A DNA stretch of 63,618 bases, counting the filler, from Basidiobolus ranarum (lineage: Eukaryota), in assembly GCA_040143965.1 (NCBI GenBank). It is 34 parts of 34 records of this genome, joined end to end, with 100 filler letters (N's around TTAATTAATTAA, not from the genome) between each part and the next. Parts side by side here need not be neighbours in the genome. Positions count along the whole stretch, not along the records: positions 59,984 to 61,751 come from JASJQH010004377.1; positions 61,852 to 63,618 come from JASJQH010004378.1; 32 more parts are not named here. The stretch is one strand, 5' to 3'. The translations under genes were made by a program, and so were the position numbers. This document shows positions 59,984 through 63,618 of this stretch, one piece after another. Position 1 is the first letter of the stretch, and each line of letters begins with the position of its first letter. The notes under the pieces were generated by a model that searched no databases, was not told the DNA's origin, and was given only the letters and a program-made list of their open reading frames with translations.

Positions 59984-61751
59984 GGAGCTTCCCAACATTT
60001 CACAAATGAAAAATATTAGTTTGTGGATTATGAAGAAATCCCAGTTGTAAAGGTTTTCACAGGAGATGATTGCATATTGGATGCTATTGGAATGGGAACA
60101 ATTCAAGTCAATTTAACTGGAGCTTCTGAAGAGAAAGTATATACTTTAAAGGATGTACTACATTTTCCAGATATTGCCAAGAATTTAATATCTATATGCA
60201 ATGCCATCTTAGAAGGGCTAAAATTCAATTTTGATAAGTCAGGATGCACCATTGCTGATCAAAATGGGAATTACTTAGCTTCAGGAGAAAAGGATCAAAA
60301 CTTATACAAACTTACATATAATCCAAGAGGTTTATGTGTAAATATAAGTTATTCTAATCAAGAAACTGCTCAATTGTGGCATAAGAGATTTGGCCATATT
60401 AGATTTGATTATTTGAGCAAAATGATCAAAAATTGCCTAATTTCTGGAATTCAAATTAACCCCCCAACCAGAATGGAAATTTGTGAGGGTTGTATATATG
60501 GAAAACAAGCCAGGCAACAATTCAAGAGCTCTGGTCTGATCAAATCTGTCAAAAATTGGATCTAATTCATTCTGATTTGTGTGGATCTATGCAAAATTTT
60601 TCATTAGGTGGAAATGATATTTAATCACATTCATTGATGATTATACAAGATACACTTGGGTCTACTTTATGGAAAGAATAGATGAAGCTCTCTCTATCTT
60701 TAGAGACTTTAAAACACTGGTGGAGACTGAAACTTGAATTAAAATCAAGAAAATAGGTACTGAGAATGGTGGAGAATATACTTCAGCAATATTTATGCTC
60801 TTTTGCATAGTTCATGGAATTAAGCAAGCAACTACTGCCCCCTATTCATCTCAACAAAGTGAAGATGCCAAAAGAGCTAACAGGACTATGATAGAAATGG
60901 CAAGATCTATGACAAATGCACAAATTTTATCTTAAAACTTTTGGGTGGAATATGTTGCTACAGCTGTGTATCTGAGAAATAGGAGTTTTACTAGAAGTCT
61001 GTCTAACTCTACACCATATCAAGGTTGGTTTGGAGTCAAACATGATATAAAACATTTGAGGATCTTTGGATGTATTGTTTGTGTCAAAATTATGACCAAA
61101 AATTGGTCTAAATTTGATCCAAAAAGTAAGAAATACATATTTCTGGCTTATTGTACTTAAACTAAGGCCTACAGACTCTATGATACCAAAATTTCCAAGT
61201 TAATCAAGTCCAGGGATGTTTTGTTTAATGAAAATGAAAAATACTCATCCAAAATAACCTCATATGATGACAAAAATCAATTTTCTCCTGATCAAATCAT
61301 TCAAATTGATTCAAACCAAAACAAAAAAGAAAATAGTATTCCTGTGGACCCTCCAACAAAAATTTTGCCTACTGAAGTGCCAATACAATGCCAGAAGTTG
61401 TAGTACCTTTATCCAAACCAGGAGATCAAATTGGATCAGAAATAGCCTTGATTACTATATCAATCAGTCCCAAAATTGGGCCTATGCCTGCACAGCTCAA
61501 ATACATGAACCCCAGACTGTAAAAGAGGCCTTGAATGGCCCTCACATGAAATTTTGGAGATCTGCCATGGCTGATGAATATCAGGCTTTGATTGATAATC
61601 AAGCTTGGATTTTAACCAACTTACCTGATGATAAAAATCAATTGGCTGCAAATGTGTGCTTGAAGTTAAATACAACTCTGATATCAATATAGAGAGGTAC
61701 AAGACTAGACTAGTAGCCAAAGGCTATTCCCAAACACCAGGAATAGATAAT
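59984..61751 (+). mobile_element. Ty1/copia pol remnant (protease tail, GAG-pre-integrase, integrase, RT start)
   Basis: LKDVLHFPDIAKNLIS, LWHKRFGH, CEGCIYGKQ, HSDLCG, TENGGEY, ERYKTRLVAKG. Confidence 0.93.
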
Positions 61752-61851
61752 NNNNNNNNNNNNNNNNNNNNNNNNNNNNNNNNNNNNNNNNNNNNTTAAT
61801 TAATTAANNNNNNNNNNNNNNNNNNNNNNNNNNNNNNNNNNNNNNNNNNNN

Positions 61852-62480
61852 TATATGTGGTGTGGGATTGATTGAAATGATGTATGAGAATAGAGAGAGG
61901 GAGCAGCATGTTGCTGTAGCTCAAGTACAGCATTCTGAAGGTCTTTTATCATTTTTGAGTGACTCTCTAACTGTTGACTAGTGGATGATGAATTTAGCAA
62001 TAATTGCAATATTGTGGCATTATTACTTGGCATGGCCTGTATAGCAACTTCTTAGCTTTTACTTAAGATTGCATACAAATCATGATGATGTTCGGCCTGC
62101 AATTCCCTTGTTGGAATAATATTATCCAAATCTTCCATTGAAGGTTGTTCAATAGTGGGCAAAGTAGCCATTTTGGTAGTTGATTGTCTTGACAGTGTTT
62201 TAGCTGAACTTGGCTCAATTATTGATTCACTACATATTGGGGGGATTACAATCTCTTTACTTGCACTATTGTTGGAAAGGAACACATCTGGTAAATTGAT
62301 TAATGCTTGTCATTGCTTGAGTTAGATTCCGGAATGTTTATGCCTTACAAAGTGGATAGTGGATTGCTAGACTGCTCATCAATTAAATCCTCTGTTCTGG
62401 CTGGTTTTTTTCCTTTGTGCCAGCAGGCTTTGGCTTGGAAGCAAATCTTTTCTCTGATTTTCAATGCTTTTTGAATGGCA
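61852..62480 (-). mobile_element. CACTA-like ORF2, N-terminal half
   Basis: MPFKK...ASKPKPAG...SQQLESHSKMIKDLQNAVLELQQ. Confidence 0.75.
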
Positions 62481-62579
62481 TTGAAGTTTTCAGATGGTCA
62501 ACTTGGTTTAATGTAACTGCCTAGAAACAGCTTATAATAACCAAAATTGCCATCCATTACAGGAAATATGATAGAATAT

Positions 62580-63618
62580 CAGAAGTTGAAGAAGAAGACA
62601 ACAGTTTTGTTATCAACTGTATGTTATTGGCCAACATTAGTCCACTCATAATACTTACTGTAAAGGAATCAGCTTTGATTATTGAGGAGTGGAGAGTTCA
62701 ATTCAATCTTAGCAACCAGGTGTTTATTGGTTTTCTTACACTCTTCCCACAGTTGCTGGGCAACTATTGCTTGCCACAGACCTGGTACAAGTTGAAAACA
62801 CTTGTCAATCATATGACTTATAATCCTTCAGTAATTAAAGTACCTTCATGTCAAAATGGATGTTTGGCTTTCACTGGTGATCTGAAAAATCTGAAGTCAT
62901 ATACTGTTTGCACACCATTGGCAATCACTGAATCAGGTAAATATTGTTTGTATTTAGCTTACATACCATTGATTCCCTGTCTTAAAGTTTTGATGAAATC
63001 ACCAAAATATAGATCATTGATCTAATACCAAAGTACTCACCATAAAGTTGATGGTATTACTAATGTACTTGATGGATATCACTACCAGAATCTGAAAAGT
63101 CAAGGTTACTTTGAGAACATATATGATCACACATTTGTGTTGGCTCTGGATGGTTTCTCACTAAACAAATATACTATTGGAAAGGCTTGCTGGCTAATAA
63201 TTTTAATCAACTTAAATCTTCCTCCTTCTGAACAGTACAAGAGTCATAATATTTTGAAACTATCAATCATATCTGGAACTAAATCATCAGTGCTTATAGA
63301 TAACTTCTTGGAGCCTTTGATTGTGGAGTTTGAATGGTTACCTAATGTGGTTCAGATGGGTGAATATTTTATTAAAGCTAATATCACTGTATGTATTGGT
63401 GACACTGCTGCCATCAGTAAACCTGGAGGTTTTGCAGGCACAATGCACTATCTTGCTGTAGATTGTGAAAATCAAACAAGTTTTCTCTAACCGGCATAAG
63501 CATTGCACCTTTTGACCTTGAATCTTAGCACTCAATGTCTGACTATTCTCCCCATGTTCTCTTTGGTTTTCCCGAGGTTAGATACAATTGATAGAGCTAC
63601 AAAGCCCCCCAATTCCAG
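62580..63618 (+). mobile_element. CACTA/EnSpm (Transposase_21/Tnp2) transposase catalytic region, decayed
   Basis: CQNGCLAFTG; LALDGF; W..ILINLNLPP; DNFLEPLIVEF; IGDTAAISKPGGFAG. Confidence 0.88.

Overview
This is not one contiguous locus. It is an artificial concatenation of 34 short contigs (about 1.78 down to 1.77 kb, sorted by length), joined by 33 identical 100-bp linkers (44 N + TTAATTAATTAA + 44 N), so nothing can be inferred from adjacency across a linker. The DNA is eukaryotic and AT-rich, with mostly 55-65-nt GT-AG introns and fungal-like mitochondrial housekeeping genes; an early-diverging fungus is the likely source (inference). About three quarters of the contigs are nested, CpG-depleted transposon debris: Ty1/copia, Ty3/gypsy (one with a chromodomain), non-LTR RT, and a very abundant CACTA/EnSpm-like (Transposase_21) family. 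That family has CCCTAACA termini and a second, divergently transcribed gene of unknown function. Host genes or fragments: complex I 51-kDa subunit (in-frame TGA at a conserved Cys), mtHsp70 SSC1, SDH2, endosulfine IGO1, an RGS-domain protein, an ankyrin protein, a secreted Cys-rich/GPI-type protein, tRNA-Arg(CCG) and tRNA-Thr(AGT). Most notable: (1) a 282-bp solo LTR with a 5-bp TSD that carries a whole tRNA-like Pol III cassette; (2) a TET/JBP-like 2OG-Fe(II) dioxygenase in a genome showing CpG decay of repeats; (3) a hyaluronan-synthase-like pseudogene; (4) a surface-protein gene enclosed by perfect 111-bp inverted repeats; (5) an 84-bp satellite with ~0.94-kb higher-order structure. All family calls come from motif recognition by eye; no database search was run.
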